Source: Sandaracinaceae bacterium | GTDB lineage: Bacteria > Myxococcota_A > Polyangia > Polyangiales > Sandaracinaceae | DNA length: 62,418 nt | Direction of reading: 5' to 3' | Assembly: GCA_044220955.1 (NCBI GenBank) | Contig: JBGAQA010000037.1 | Coordinates: 1 to 62,418, forward strand | Shown here: positions 29,866 to 41,346 of the stretch, one piece after another | Numbering within the stretch: the first letter of the stretch is position 1 | Layout: the number at the start of each line of letters is the position of its first letter | Notes under the pieces: generated by a model | The model's database searches: none | What the model was told of the DNA's origin: nothing | The model's input: only the letters and a program-made list of their open reading frames with translations | Position numbers and translations under genes: made by a program

Positions 29866-30408
29866 ATGGCGCAGACGGCGACGATGCGGAAGTTCGAGAT
29901 CGCGCTGTCGGACTCCGATCGCGGCGTGTACGAGACCCTCGAGCTGCGCGTCGCGCAGCATCCGTCCGAGACCGATCGCTACCTCGTGATGCGCGTGCTC
30001 GCGCGCGCGCTCGAGCACGACGAGGGCGTCGAGTTCACCAAGGGCCTCTCGGAGGCCGACGAGCCGGCGATCTGGCGGCGGGACCTGCGCGGGGACCTGC
30101 AGGCGTGGATCGAGGTCGGCTCGCCCTCGCCCGAGCGCCTGCACCGCGCGCTCAAGGCGTGTGGGCGCGTCGCCGTGTACGGCTGGCAGCGCATGGACGC
30201 CCTGGCCCGCTCCGTGTCCGAGTTCGGCGCCCATCGCGCCGACGAGCTCGCGGTGTTCGCGGTCGACCCGGCGTTCCTCGAGCGCGTCGCGGCCAAGCTC
30301 GACCGCAACAACAAGTGGGAGCTCTCGGTCAGCGGCGGGACGATCTACCTCTCCGTGGGAACGGCGCTCTTCGAGGCTCCGGTCGACCGCATCCCGGTCC
30401 CTGCGTAG
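29866..30408 (+). CDS. yaeQ: YaeQ family protein
   Basis: MAQTAT...LSDSDRGVY...AQHPSET...FTKGLS.ADEPAIW...WIEVGSP..RL.RA. Confidence 0.92.
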   Translation: MAQTATMRKFEIALSDSDRGVYETLELRVAQHPSETDRYLVMRVLARALEHDEGVEFTKGLSEADEPAIWRRDLRGDLQAWIEVGSPSPERLHRALKACGRVAVYGWQRMDALARSVSEFGAHRADELAVFAVDPAFLERVAAKLDRNNKWELSVSGGTIYLSVGTALFEAPVDRIPVPA

Positions 30409-30468
30409 GCGCCGTCGCCAGGCGCGCTCCGATTGCCGCGCGCGGAGAATCGTGAGAGCTTGCCCGGC

Positions 30469-30563
30469 GGAAGTGCGAGGCGAGCTGGTGCTGCCCTCGG
30501 TCTTCAAAACCGACGTAGGACGCGCTCCGCGCCCTGGGCGGGTTCGATTCCCGTGCGCTTCCG
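30469..30563 (+). tRNA. selC: tRNA-Sec (anticodon UCA)
   Basis: 8-bp acceptor GGAAGTGC/GCGCTTCC, anticodon arm TCGGT-CTTCAAA-ACCGA, long variable arm, 5-bp T stem GCGGG-TTCGATT-CCCGT; immediately before selA; CCA not encoded. Confidence 0.95.
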
Positions 30564-30572
30564 TGGCTGACG

Positions 30573-31939
30573 ATGAACGAGCGTGACGAGGAGCGTCTGC
30601 GGGCGCTGCGCGCGCTTCCCGCGGTGAGCGCGGTGCTCGCGCGGCCCGCCGTCGTCGCGCTCGTGGATGCGCACGGAGCCGCGACCGTCACCCGCGCGGT
30701 CCGCGAGGCGATCGAGTCTGCACGCCAGCGGACGGAGCAGACCGGTCACGCCGTCGCCGTGACCGACGAGGCCGTCGCGTGTCGAGCCGCCGAGCTGGCG
30801 CGCCCGTCGCTCGGGCGCGTGCTCAACGCGACGGGCGTCGTCGTGCACACCAACCTGGGCCGCGTCCCGCTCGCGCCCGAGGCGATGGCCGCCGCGACGG
30901 ACGCCGCGCTCGGCTACGCGACGCTCGAGTACGACCTCGACGCCGGAGCGCGCGGGCAGCGTCACGTCCACGTCCGCGAGCTCGCGATCGCCCTGACCGG
31001 CGCCGAGGACGCGCTCGTGGTGAACAACAACGCAGGCGCCGTGCTGCTCGCGCTCGCGGCGTGCGCGCGCGGCCGCGCGGCGGTCGTCAGCCGCGGCGAG
31101 CTGGTGGAGATCGGCGGCGCGTTCCGCATCCCCGAGGTCGTCGCGCAGTCGGGCGCGGCGCTCGTCGAGGTCGGCACGACGAACCGCACGCACGCGCGCG
31201 ACTACGAGGACGCGATCGACGAGCGGACGGCGGTGCTCCTCAAGGTGCATCGCTCGAACTTCGAGATCACCGGGTTCGTGGCCGAGGTCGGCGTGGACGC
31301 GCTGGCCGCGCTCGCGCACGCCCGCGGGCTCGGGGTGATCTACGACGCGGGCTCCGGGTGCATGCCGGAGATCGCTCCGATCGTGGGCGAGCCGGCGATC
31401 GGCGAGCACGTCGCGGCGGGCGCCGACGTCGTCTGCTTCTCCGGCGACAAGCTCCTGGGCGGCCCCCAGGCCGGGATCGCGGTCGGCAGGCGCGCGTCCA
31501 TCGAGGCGATGCGCCGCGCTCCGCTGTACCGCGCGCTGCGGCCCGACAAGATCACGCTCGCCGCGCTGCACGCGACGCTGACGCTCTGGCGGGACCGGCC
31601 GGAGCGCCTGCCGATCGTGCGGATGCTGCGCGCGACGGCGGCGACGCTGGGCGAGCGGGCCGAGCGGGTACGCGAGCGAGTCTCGGCGAGGGGGGCCACG
31701 CTGAGCGTCCAGGACGCGATCGGACGCGTCGGTGGGGGCGCGGCTCCCTCCGTCGAGCTGGCCAGCCGGGCGCTGCGAGTGGCCGGCGTCGATCCGGACG
31801 CGCTCGCGCGGAGGCTGCGCCTCGGCGAGCCGAAGATCGTGGCGCGCATCGAGGAGGGCGCCGTGTGGCTCGACCTCCGATGCGTGCCGCCCGAGGACGA
31901 CGGCGCAGTGGCGCGAGCGCTCGGAGCGGCGCTCTCGAC

Positions 31940-31943
<4 letters not shown>
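30573..31943 (+). CDS. selA: L-seryl-tRNA(Sec) selenium transferase
   Basis: VLNATGVVVHTNLGR, VVNNNAGAV, SRGELVEIGGAFRIP, EVGTTNRT, FSGDKLLGGPQAG. Confidence 0.97.
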
Positions 31944-33775
<1,832 letters not shown>

Positions 33776-33776
33776 G

Positions 33777-34847
33777 ATGAGCGCACCGATTCGACTGACC
33801 AAGCTCGCCAAGCGCGCCGGCTGCGCCGCGAAGCAGCCGCCCGGGTACCTGCTCCCGCTGCTCGGGCGCCTGCCGCCGTCGCGCGACCCGAAGGTCCTGG
33901 TCGGCTCGATCACCGCCGACGACGCCGCGGTCTACGCGCTCACGAGCGAGCTCGCCCTCGTCAGCACGACGGACTTCTTCACGCCCATCGTCGACGACCC
34001 CTACGACTTCGGGGCGATCGCGGCGGCCAACGCGCTGAGCGACGTGTACGCGATGGGCGGCAAGCCGGTCACCGCGCTCAGCCTCGTGGGCTTTCCCTCC
34101 GACGCGCTCGACGTCGAGGTGCTGGTGCGCATCCTCGAGGGTGGCGCCGAGAAGGCGCGCGAGGCCGGCATCGAGATCGTCGGCGGCCACACGATCCAGA
34201 CCGACGAGCCGATCTACGGCCTCGCGGTGACGGGCACCGTGAGCCCGCTGCGCATGACGACCAACGCGGGAGGCAGGCCCGGCGATCTCCTCGTGCTCAC
34301 CAAGCCGCTCGGCCTCGGGATCATCACGACCGCGGCCAAGCGGGACCAGGACGATCGGGGCGCGATCGGCGAGGCGATCGCGCTGATGAAGGTGCTCAAC
34401 CTCGGCGCGTGCGAGGCGATGCTGGCCGCCGGCGCCCGGGCCGCGACCGACGTGACGGGCTTCGGCCTCCTCGGGCACCTGCGCAACGTCGCCGCCGCGA
34501 GCCGCGTCGGCGCGACGGTCTGGGCCGACGCCGTCCCCGTCCTGGATGCGGCCCGCGCCTACGTCGCGCGCGGGATCGTCCCGGGCGGCACGCACGCGAA
34601 CAGGCGCTTCCTCGGCGGACACGTGACGTTCGAGGACGGCGTCACGGAGCACGAGCAGCTGCTGCTCTCGGACGCACAGACCTCCGGCGGCCTGCTCGTC
34701 GCCGTCGCGCGCGATCGGCTCGACGCGCTGCTCGCAGGGCTCCGCGCGCGCGGAACGCCGGCGGCCGCCGTGATCGGTGAGCTGCACGCCGAGGACGTCG
34801 GCCGGATCCGGGTCACGCGGAGCATGGTAGGTTCCACCTCGACGTGA
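33777..34847 (+). CDS. selD: Selenide, water dikinase (Cys-type)
   Basis: RLTKLAKRAGCAAK, DDAAVY, TTDFFTPIVDDPYDFG.IAAANALSDVYAMGG, TDVTGFGLLGH, DAQTSGGLL. Confidence 0.97.
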   Translation: MSAPIRLTKLAKRAGCAAKQPPGYLLPLLGRLPPSRDPKVLVGSITADDAAVYALTSELALVSTTDFFTPIVDDPYDFGAIAAANALSDVYAMGGKPVTALSLVGFPSDALDVEVLVRILEGGAEKAREAGIEIVGGHTIQTDEPIYGLAVTGTVSPLRMTTNAGGRPGDLLVLTKPLGLGIITTAAKRDQDDRGAIGEAIALMKVLNLGACEAMLAAGARAATDVTGFGLLGHLRNVAAASRVGATVWADAVPVLDAARAYVARGIVPGGTHANRRFLGGHVTFEDGVTEHEQLLLSDAQTSGGLLVAVARDRLDALLAGLRARGTPAAAVIGELHAEDVGRIRVTRSMVGSTST

Positions 34848-35788
34848 AGAACGGGCGTGCGGTCGCCGAGGCGCTGGTCGCCGCGGTGGAGAAGGCGATC
34901 GAGGGCAAGCGCGACGTGGTGACGCTCGCGGTGACCACGCTCCTGGCGCGCGGGCACCTGCTGGTCGAGGACGTGCCGGGCGTCGGCAAGACCACCCTCG
35001 CGCGCGCGCTCGCCCGCTCGGTCGGAGTGCCGTTCCGGCGCGTGCAATTCACGAGCGACCTCCTGCCCGCCGACGTGCTCGGCGGCTCGCTCTACGATCC
35101 CAAGAACGGCACCCTCGAGTTCCGGCCCGGCCCCATCTTCACCTCCGTGCTCCTCGCCGACGAGGTGAACCGGACGACGCCGCGCACGCAGTCGGCGCTC
35201 CTCGAGGCGATGGACGAGCGTGCGGTGTCGATCGAGGGCGAGACGCGCCCGCTGCCCGAGCCCTTCTTCGTCGTCGCGACGCAGAACCCCGAGGAGTTCC
35301 ACGGGACGTATCCGCTGCCCGAGTCGCAGCTCGACCGCTTCTTGTTGCGCGTCGCGATCGGACACCCGCCGGCGGCGATCGAGCGCAAGCTCCTGCGGGA
35401 GCGCGGGGCGAGCTCGCCCGTCGACACCATCGAGGCCGTGGTGACCAAGGAGGAGCTGCTCGCCGCGCAGCGCGAGGTCGACGCCGTGCGCGTCGACGAT
35501 CTCGTGCTCGACTACGTGCACGAGATCATCCTCGGGACACGCAAGAGCGCCCTGCTCTCGCTCGGCGCCTCCACGCGCGCGGCCCTCGCGCTCGGCCGCG
35601 CGGTCCGCGCGCACGCGCTGGTGCTCGGCCGCGCGTTCGCGACGCCCGACGACGTGAAGACGCTCGCGGTCGCGGCGCTCGCCCACCGCGTGCGCCCCCG
35701 CGAGATGCCGGGCGATCGTGGAGCCGAGCGCGACGTCGCCTCGCGCGCGGTGCGGGAGATCGTGGACGCGATCCCCGTGCCGATCTGA
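34844..35788 (+). CDS. MoxR family AAA+ ATPase
   Basis: GHLLVEDVPGVGKT, RVQFTSDLLPAD, LADEVNRTTPRTQSALLEAM, ATQNP, PLPESQLDRF. Confidence 0.95.
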   Translation: MKNGRAVAEALVAAVEKAIEGKRDVVTLAVTTLLARGHLLVEDVPGVGKTTLARALARSVGVPFRRVQFTSDLLPADVLGGSLYDPKNGTLEFRPGPIFTSVLLADEVNRTTPRTQSALLEAMDERAVSIEGETRPLPEPFFVVATQNPEEFHGTYPLPESQLDRFLLRVAIGHPPAAIERKLLRERGASSPVDTIEAVVTKEELLAAQREVDAVRVDDLVLDYVHEIILGTRKSALLSLGASTRAALALGRAVRAHALVLGRAFATPDDVKTLAVAALAHRVRPREMPGDRGAERDVASRAVREIVDAIPVPI

Positions 35789-35790
35789 CC

Positions 35791-36819
35791 ATGGCAGCCG
35801 CGGACGCGCAGCCCCGCGCCGCACGTCCCGCCCCGCCGGGCCCGGGTCGCGCGCGCGGCTTGCGCTTCACGCGCGAGGGGCGCGTGTTCGTGCTCGTCAC
35901 GCTCGGCGTGGGCGCGGCGGCGGTGAACACCGGCAACAACCTGCTCTACCTCGTCCTCGGCCTGATGCTGAGCCTGATCATCCTCTCCGGCGTGCTCAGC
36001 GACCTCGTGCTCGTCCACATCGAGGGGGTGCGCGTCTTGCCTGGGCGCGCGTTCGCGGGCGGAGTCGCGCTCGTCGAGATCGTGCTCCGCAACGAGAAGG
36101 CGCGCCTGCCGAGCTTCTCGCTCGAGGTGGAGGACCGGGCGCTGGACCTGCCGACCGATCGGCGCTGCTACTTCTTGAAGGTCGAGGCGCGCGGTGAGCA
36201 GCACGCGACCTATCGCCGCGAGCTCCCCCGACGCGGCCGAGCGGCGTTCGAGGCGCTCCGCCTCTCGACGCGCTACCCCTTCGGGCTCTTCGACAAGTGG
36301 CGCGTCATCCCGCTCGCCGCGGAGCTGATCGTGTTCCCGCGCGTCGACGTCAGCGCGCGCGCCCCGATGCTCGGCCTCGGCGGCGAAGGCGCACCCGAGC
36401 GCGCCGTTCGCGGACCGGGCGTGGAGCCCGCGGGGCTTCGTGACTACCGCCTCGGCGACGAGGCGCGCAGCCTTCACGGCCGCCGGAGCGCGGCGCTCGG
36501 CCGGCTGGTGGTGCGCGAGCGCGAGCGCGAGGCGGCGCGTACGATCACGATCGCGCTCGACGAGGCGCTCGACGTCGCCGACCCCGCGGCGCTCGCGCGC
36601 TTCGAGGCCGCCGTGTCGCGCGCTGCGGGGATCGCCGTCGACGCGCACGAGCGAGGCGCGAGCGTCGAGATCGTGGCGCGTGCGTCGCGCTCCCCGCGCG
36701 TCCCACCGAGCGGCAGCCTCGATCCGCTCCTGGGCTACCTCGCGCTGGTCGCCCCGATCACGCGCGAGCTCGCCCCTGCGCTGGAGACGGCACGCGCCGA
36801 CGTCGTGGTGACGCCGTGA
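35791..36819 (+). CDS. DUF58-domain protein
   Basis: AAVNTGNNLLYL, TRYPFGLF, LRDYRLGD; position between MoxR and transglutaminase genes. Confidence 0.88.
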   Translation: MAAADAQPRAARPAPPGPGRARGLRFTREGRVFVLVTLGVGAAAVNTGNNLLYLVLGLMLSLIILSGVLSDLVLVHIEGVRVLPGRAFAGGVALVEIVLRNEKARLPSFSLEVEDRALDLPTDRRCYFLKVEARGEQHATYRRELPRRGRAAFEALRLSTRYPFGLFDKWRVIPLAAELIVFPRVDVSARAPMLGLGGEGAPERAVRGPGVEPAGLRDYRLGDEARSLHGRRSAALGRLVVREREREAARTITIALDEALDVADPAALARFEAAVSRAAGIAVDAHERGASVEIVARASRSPRVPPSGSLDPLLGYLALVAPITRELAPALETARADVVVTP

Positions 36820-38996
36820 GCTTCGCGCGCCTGCACAAGCTCGTGACCTATGCGCTCGCGTCGCTCGGGCTCGCGGCGCTCTCGCTCGGGGGCGAGCTCA
36901 CGCCGCTCGCGCTCGGGCTCGTCGCCGTGCTGCTCGTGGCCTCCTGGTGGGTCGAGGGGCCCCGCATCGAGGATCCGCGCTGGCAGCGGGGCTGGAACGT
37001 CGCGCTCGTGACCTTCTTCGTGCTCCAGGTCCTGCGCGGTCTCGCGTCCGAGCCGCTCCTGCCGCTCGCGCTCGAGATGACGGCCGCGCTCCAGATCTCT
37101 CGCCTCGCGAACAGGCGGCGCGCGGCCGAGCACCAGCAGATCGCCATCCTCGCGTTCCTGCACCTCTGCGCGGCGACGGTTCTCTCGACCGAGATCGCGT
37201 ATGGCGCGCTCTTCCTCGGCTTCGTGGTGCTCGTGCCCTGGATGCTCGCGCTCACCCACCTGCGCGCCGAGATCGAGGGGCACTTCGCGCCTCCAGGCAC
37301 CACCCTGAGCGAGCGGGACGGCGTGCTCGCGCGCGTGCTCGCGTCCAGGCGCCTCGTGGGCCCCTCGTTCCTCGTGGGCACGGCGGCGCTCGCGATCCCC
37401 CTCTTCGTCACCACGGCGCTCTTGTTCGCGGCCTTCCCGCGCGTGGGCCTCGGCTTCCTCGCCTTCGGCGACGGGGCCGGCACGCACGTCGCCGGGTTCG
37501 GGAGCGACGTCACGCTCGGGGACGTCGGCGTGCTGCGCGACGATCCGACGGTCGTGATGCGGATCACACCACCCGCGACGCTCGCGACGAGCGCGCCCGC
37601 GCACCTGCCGATCCTGCTGCGGGGAACGTCGTTCGACGCGTACGACGGCCGCCGCTGGTCCCGCACGCACACGGGCGGCGAGCGACTGCGCCGCTACGGC
37701 GACGAGTTCGTGCTGACGCGCGTCGGCGGACGGCGCCGCGATCTCGCGTGGAGCATCGTGCTCGAGCACATCGACCAGCCGGTCGTCTTCCTTCCGCCGC
37801 GCGCGGTCGCGGTGGACGTGCCGCCGCGCTTCTCGGCCGGCCTCGACGTCGGACGCGAGCTGACGCTCTATCCCGGCCTCGACCTGCGCTACGAGGACCC
37901 CGACGCGCTCGGCCTCCGCTACACGGTCTGGACCTCCCCCGCGGTCGAGGAGCCGGTGGAGCGCCTCGGCGAGGACGACCAGCGCCGGTACCTCCAGCTC
38001 CCGGCCGGCCACGCGTCGCTCGGCGCTCTGGCACGGGAGTGGACGCGCGGCGCACGCACCGACCGGGAGCGCGCCGAGCAGATCGCGCGCCACCTCGCCG
38101 CGCCGCCCTTCGTGTACTCGCTGCGCATGGAGGACCCGGGCGAGGCGGCGCCCCTCGAGCACTTCCTCGAGGTCAGCCGCTCGGGCCACTGCGAGTACTA
38201 CGCGAGCGCGATGGCCATCCTGCTGCGCGAGCTCGGCGTGCCGACGCGAAACGTGACGGGCTTCTCGGGCGCGCACTACAACGCCTACGGGCGCTACTGG
38301 GCCGTTCGCTCGGGCGACGCGCACGCGTGGGTGGAGGTGTACCTGGGCGACGAGGGATGGGTGAGCTTCGATCCGACGCCCCCCTCGACCGCCGAGCCGA
38401 ACGCGGCCGACGCGCTGCTCGCGGAGCTGCGCGCGATCTCCGACGCGATGCGCGCGCGGTGGCAGGAGTGGATCGTGGGCTACGACCTGCGCTCGCAGCG
38501 GGAGCTCGCGCGCACGCTCGGTCGCTGGCTGGGCGGCGGCGGGAGCCCGGGCGTGGCGCGGACGAGCGCCGCGGCCACGGACGATCAGCGCCTCTCGCCG
38601 TGGCGCACGGCGGCGATCTTGCTCGGCCTCGTCGCGCTCGCGATCGCGATCGATCGGGGCTACCGGGCGCTCCTGCGCGGTCGCGCACGAGGCGGCGAGC
38701 GGCCCGTCGACCCGACCATGCGCGAGGTCGTCGCCCTCTACCGCGAGCTCGAGCGGGAGATGGTGCGCCTCGGGACGCCGCGGGCGCCGAGCGCGACGCC
38801 GCTCGAGCACGCTCGCGCCCTGAGCGACGCCGGTGCGCCTCACGCAGGAGCGGTACAGCGGATCACCCGCCGCTACGTCGACGCCCGCTTCGGCGGAGCG
38901 CGGCTCGACGACCCGGAGCTCGCCGCGCTGCGCGCGGAGCTCGCCACCCTGCGCGCGCGAGACGCCGCCGCGGCGCGCCCCTCACGGGAGTCGTAG
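36816..38996 (+). CDS. DUF3488/transglutaminase-like membrane protein (TgpA-like)
   Basis: Multi-TM N-terminus; GHCEYYASAM (Cys), AHAWVEVY (His), FDPTP (Asp); DUF4129-like tail. Confidence 0.92.
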   Translation: MSFARLHKLVTYALASLGLAALSLGGELTPLALGLVAVLLVASWWVEGPRIEDPRWQRGWNVALVTFFVLQVLRGLASEPLLPLALEMTAALQISRLANRRRAAEHQQIAILAFLHLCAATVLSTEIAYGALFLGFVVLVPWMLALTHLRAEIEGHFAPPGTTLSERDGVLARVLASRRLVGPSFLVGTAALAIPLFVTTALLFAAFPRVGLGFLAFGDGAGTHVAGFGSDVTLGDVGVLRDDPTVVMRITPPATLATSAPAHLPILLRGTSFDAYDGRRWSRTHTGGERLRRYGDEFVLTRVGGRRRDLAWSIVLEHIDQPVVFLPPRAVAVDVPPRFSAGLDVGRELTLYPGLDLRYEDPDALGLRYTVWTSPAVEEPVERLGEDDQRRYLQLPAGHASLGALAREWTRGARTDRERAEQIARHLAAPPFVYSLRMEDPGEAAPLEHFLEVSRSGHCEYYASAMAILLRELGVPTRNVTGFSGAHYNAYGRYWAVRSGDAHAWVEVYLGDEGWVSFDPTPPSTAEPNAADALLAELRAISDAMRARWQEWIVGYDLRSQRELARTLGRWLGGGGSPGVARTSAAATDDQRLSPWRTAAILLGLVALAIAIDRGYRALLRGRARGGERPVDPTMREVVALYRELEREMVRLGTPRAPSATPLEHARALSDAGAPHAGAVQRITRRYVDARFGGARLDDPELAALRAELATLRARDAAAARPSRES

Positions 38997-38999
38997 CGC

Positions 39000-39452
39000 T
39001 CAGAGGCAGCGGTAGAGCGTGGAGCGGCCGTACGTCACCGCGTACGTGCCCGTCGTGTCGCAGCGGCCGGAGCGGCAGTCCCCGTTCGAGAAGCACGGCG
39101 CCTCGCAGGTCGAGGTCGTGGGATCGCCCGGCGCCTCCCAGCAGAGGTAGCCGGGCACGCAGTTGCTGGCGCCGTCGCAGTGCGTTCCCTGCGAGCCGGA
39201 GCCGAAGCTGCCGAAGCACGTGAGCGTCGAGAAGGTCTGGTCCGCGTCGATCTGCCCCAGGCAGTACGAGCTCGTGCAGCCATCCATCGAGACGGGGTTG
39301 CACGAGAAGCCGGGCAGGATCGTGTGGCGCGGATCGGCCGCGACGAAGCCGTCGGCGCTCGCGTCGCGCTCGAAGAAGGGCTGCACGCTGCCCCAGTCGT
39401 AGGAGCAACCTGCGAGCACGAGCACGAGCGCGAGCGGCACGAGGCGCGCCAT
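39000..39452 (-). CDS. Small Cys-rich lipoprotein
   Basis: MARLVPLALVLVLAGC lipobox; multiple Cys residues. Confidence 0.8.
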   Translation of the reverse strand: MARLVPLALVLVLAGCSYDWGSVQPFFERDASADGFVAADPRHTILPGFSCNPVSMDGCTSSYCLGQIDADQTFSTLTCFGSFGSGSQGTHCDGASNCVPGYLCWEAPGDPTTSTCEAPCFSNGDCRSGRCDTTGTYAVTYGRSTLYRCL

Positions 39453-39454
39453 CG

Positions 39455-40357
39455 TCAGAACGACCCCGAGAGCGAGACGCCGAAGGGGCCGAGACCGATC
39501 CGCGGTCCGCCGTCGCCGCGCGAGGCGTCCCCGCGCACGAAGCGCGTACGGTTGCTGGTGACGACGCCCTCGAGCACGAAGGTGAGGATCGTGATCGCGC
39601 CCAGGCCGATGCTGACTCCGAGCAGCGCGTTGGAGGCGTCTTGACTGGTGTGGGCCGACGACTGGTCGATGTCGGTCGCGGTGCAGCCCATCGGCGAGGC
39701 GCAGAGATCCTGCAGCTCTCGGAAGCGCGCCACGCCGTCGTTCCACACGAGCACGGCCGAGAGCGTGGAGACGGCGGTGAGCCCGAGCATCACCCAGCTC
39801 ACGACCCACTCCGGCCCCTGCTGCTCCCAGTGGTCGGTCGTCGGGCGCGGGTGCGTCGCGCGGTAGGCGTCGCTCGACGACGTCGTCGTGGTGACCGTCG
39901 TCGCCGGCGCGTCCGGCGTGACGAGCGTGAAGATCGGCGCCGGTGGCGGTGCGACGTGGGAGGCGAGCGCGCCCGAGGGCGGCTGCAGCTGCGCGAGGCG
40001 CGCCTCGACCACGTCGCGGTTCGACGCCTCGGGGGCCGCGTCGAGGTAGCGCTGGTAGGCCGCGATCGCGTCGCTGGCGCGGCCGAGACGATCGAGCGTG
40101 AGCGCGAGGTCGTAGAGCAGCGTCGGGGGCCCACCCTGGTCGATCGCGCGCTGGAAGTCGGCGAGCGCCTCGTCGAGCCGGCCCGCGGCGTAGGCGGTGC
40201 TGCCCTCGTGGTAGCTCTGCCGCCACGGCGCGGGCGGGACCGGAGGAGGAGGGGGCGGAGGGGTCGTCGAGGTGTGCGGCGCGTCCGCGCGCGCGCTCCC
40301 GATCGGCACGAGCGAGGCGAGCAGGGCGAGCGTGACGAGCGACGCGATGCGCAGCAT
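39455..40357 (-). CDS. Secreted TPR protein with C-terminal hydrophobic segments
   Basis: Signal peptide; G..AYAAGRLDEALADF...LLYDLAL...AIAAYQRYL; ends GVSLSGSF. Confidence 0.82.
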   Translation of the reverse strand: MLRIASLVTLALLASLVPIGSARADAPHTSTTPPPPPPPVPPAPWRQSYHEGSTAYAAGRLDEALADFQRAIDQGGPPTLLYDLALTLDRLGRASDAIAAYQRYLDAAPEASNRDVVEARLAQLQPPSGALASHVAPPPAPIFTLVTPDAPATTVTTTTSSSDAYRATHPRPTTDHWEQQGPEWVVSWVMLGLTAVSTLSAVLVWNDGVARFRELQDLCASPMGCTATDIDQSSAHTSQDASNALLGVSIGLGAITILTFVLEGVVTSNRTRFVRGDASRGDGGPRIGLGPFGVSLSGSF

Positions 40358-40362
40358 GCCGA

Positions 40363-41301
40363 TCAGACGAGGATGGTGGGCGCGCACGTCGAGACGCCGG
40401 CCCCGACGACGCGGAAGCCGATGTTCAGCATCACGGGCTCGACGAGCCCGGTGTCCGGGGTCAGGCGGTAGATGCCCGTCGAGGTGTCCGCGAGGCTCTG
40501 GTAGAACATGTAGTAGCGGCCACCCCAGTACGCGAACGCCCACGCGGCCGCGCGGCGCGTGACGCCGCCCGTGACCCCCGACACGTCGTACTCCTGGATG
40601 GTCGTCGCGTCGTTCCGGTCGATCTGACGCACGCGCATCGGCGTCGTGTCCGGGAAGAACCCCCAGAGCTCGCCGAGGCCGTTGCCCGTCAGCTCGGGCG
40701 AGCCGCTGAGCGGACCGATCCTCGTCGCGCTCCAGTCGGCGACGCGGATGGAGCCCAGCGTGGACGAGCCGCCACCGATGCCGAGCGCCGGGCCTCCCGC
40801 GATGAAGAGGGTCTCGGCGGTGCCGCCCGCCGCGTCCGAGACGAAGCCCATGCCGAACTGCTCGAAGCCCATCTGGTCGATCACCCAGGGCGTCGCGGAG
40901 CACGAGGCGTCGCTGGTGGACACGGCGTAGATGTGGTGATCGCTGTGCAGGACGTAGGCGACCGCGTCGCGGCTCACGGCCATCGAGAAGGGGGTGACGA
41001 GGGCGCCGGCGCAGCTCAGCGTCCCGATCGGCGTGAGCGCGCCCGTGTCGGGCCGGTAGCTGAGCAGGTTCTGGTTGCTGTCGACCAGGTAGATCAGCTG
41101 CGCCGCGTCGGAGCACGTCGGCCCGTGGCCGCCCCCGAGATCGGGGAAGTTCGCGTCGTGACCTCCGCCGCCGGTGCCCGTGTCGTCGCCGGGGTTCGTG
41201 CCGCCGCCGGTGTCGCGGCCCGGGCCCACGGAGCGCGTGGTGCAAGCGGGGACGAGCGCGAGGACGAAGAGCACGGCGAGACGAACGGCGGGGCTGCGCA
41301 T
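40363..41301 (-). CDS. Hypothetical lipoprotein (beta-propeller-like)
   Basis: Lipobox VPAC; PFSMAVSR, AWAFAYWGG.YY.F, VGAGVSTCAP. Confidence 0.8.
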   Translation of the reverse strand: MRSPAVRLAVLFVLALVPACTTRSVGPGRDTGGGTNPGDDTGTGGGGHDANFPDLGGGHGPTCSDAAQLIYLVDSNQNLLSYRPDTGALTPIGTLSCAGALVTPFSMAVSRDAVAYVLHSDHHIYAVSTSDASCSATPWVIDQMGFEQFGMGFVSDAAGGTAETLFIAGGPALGIGGGSSTLGSIRVADWSATRIGPLSGSPELTGNGLGELWGFFPDTTPMRVRQIDRNDATTIQEYDVSGVTGGVTRRAAAWAFAYWGGRYYMFYQSLADTSTGIYRLTPDTGLVEPVMLNIGFRVVGAGVSTCAPTILV

Positions 41302-41346
41302 GGCCGCGATTGTAGCGCATGCCGTGCCGATCGTAGGCTCCGGCGC

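Noticed and set aside
30540..30572. Prophage/island integration at selC
   Set aside because: selA follows immediately; no integrase or duplicated tRNA 3' end was found in the window.
33820..33870. Vestigial SECIS after the SelD Cys codon
   Set aside because: Only weak GC-rich pairings, which are expected by chance at this GC content.
41315..41329. Sigma54 promoter CGGCACGGCATGCGC on the minus strand
   Set aside because: The -12 element is poor, and an adjacent TACAAT 7 nt before the ATG explains the start more simply.
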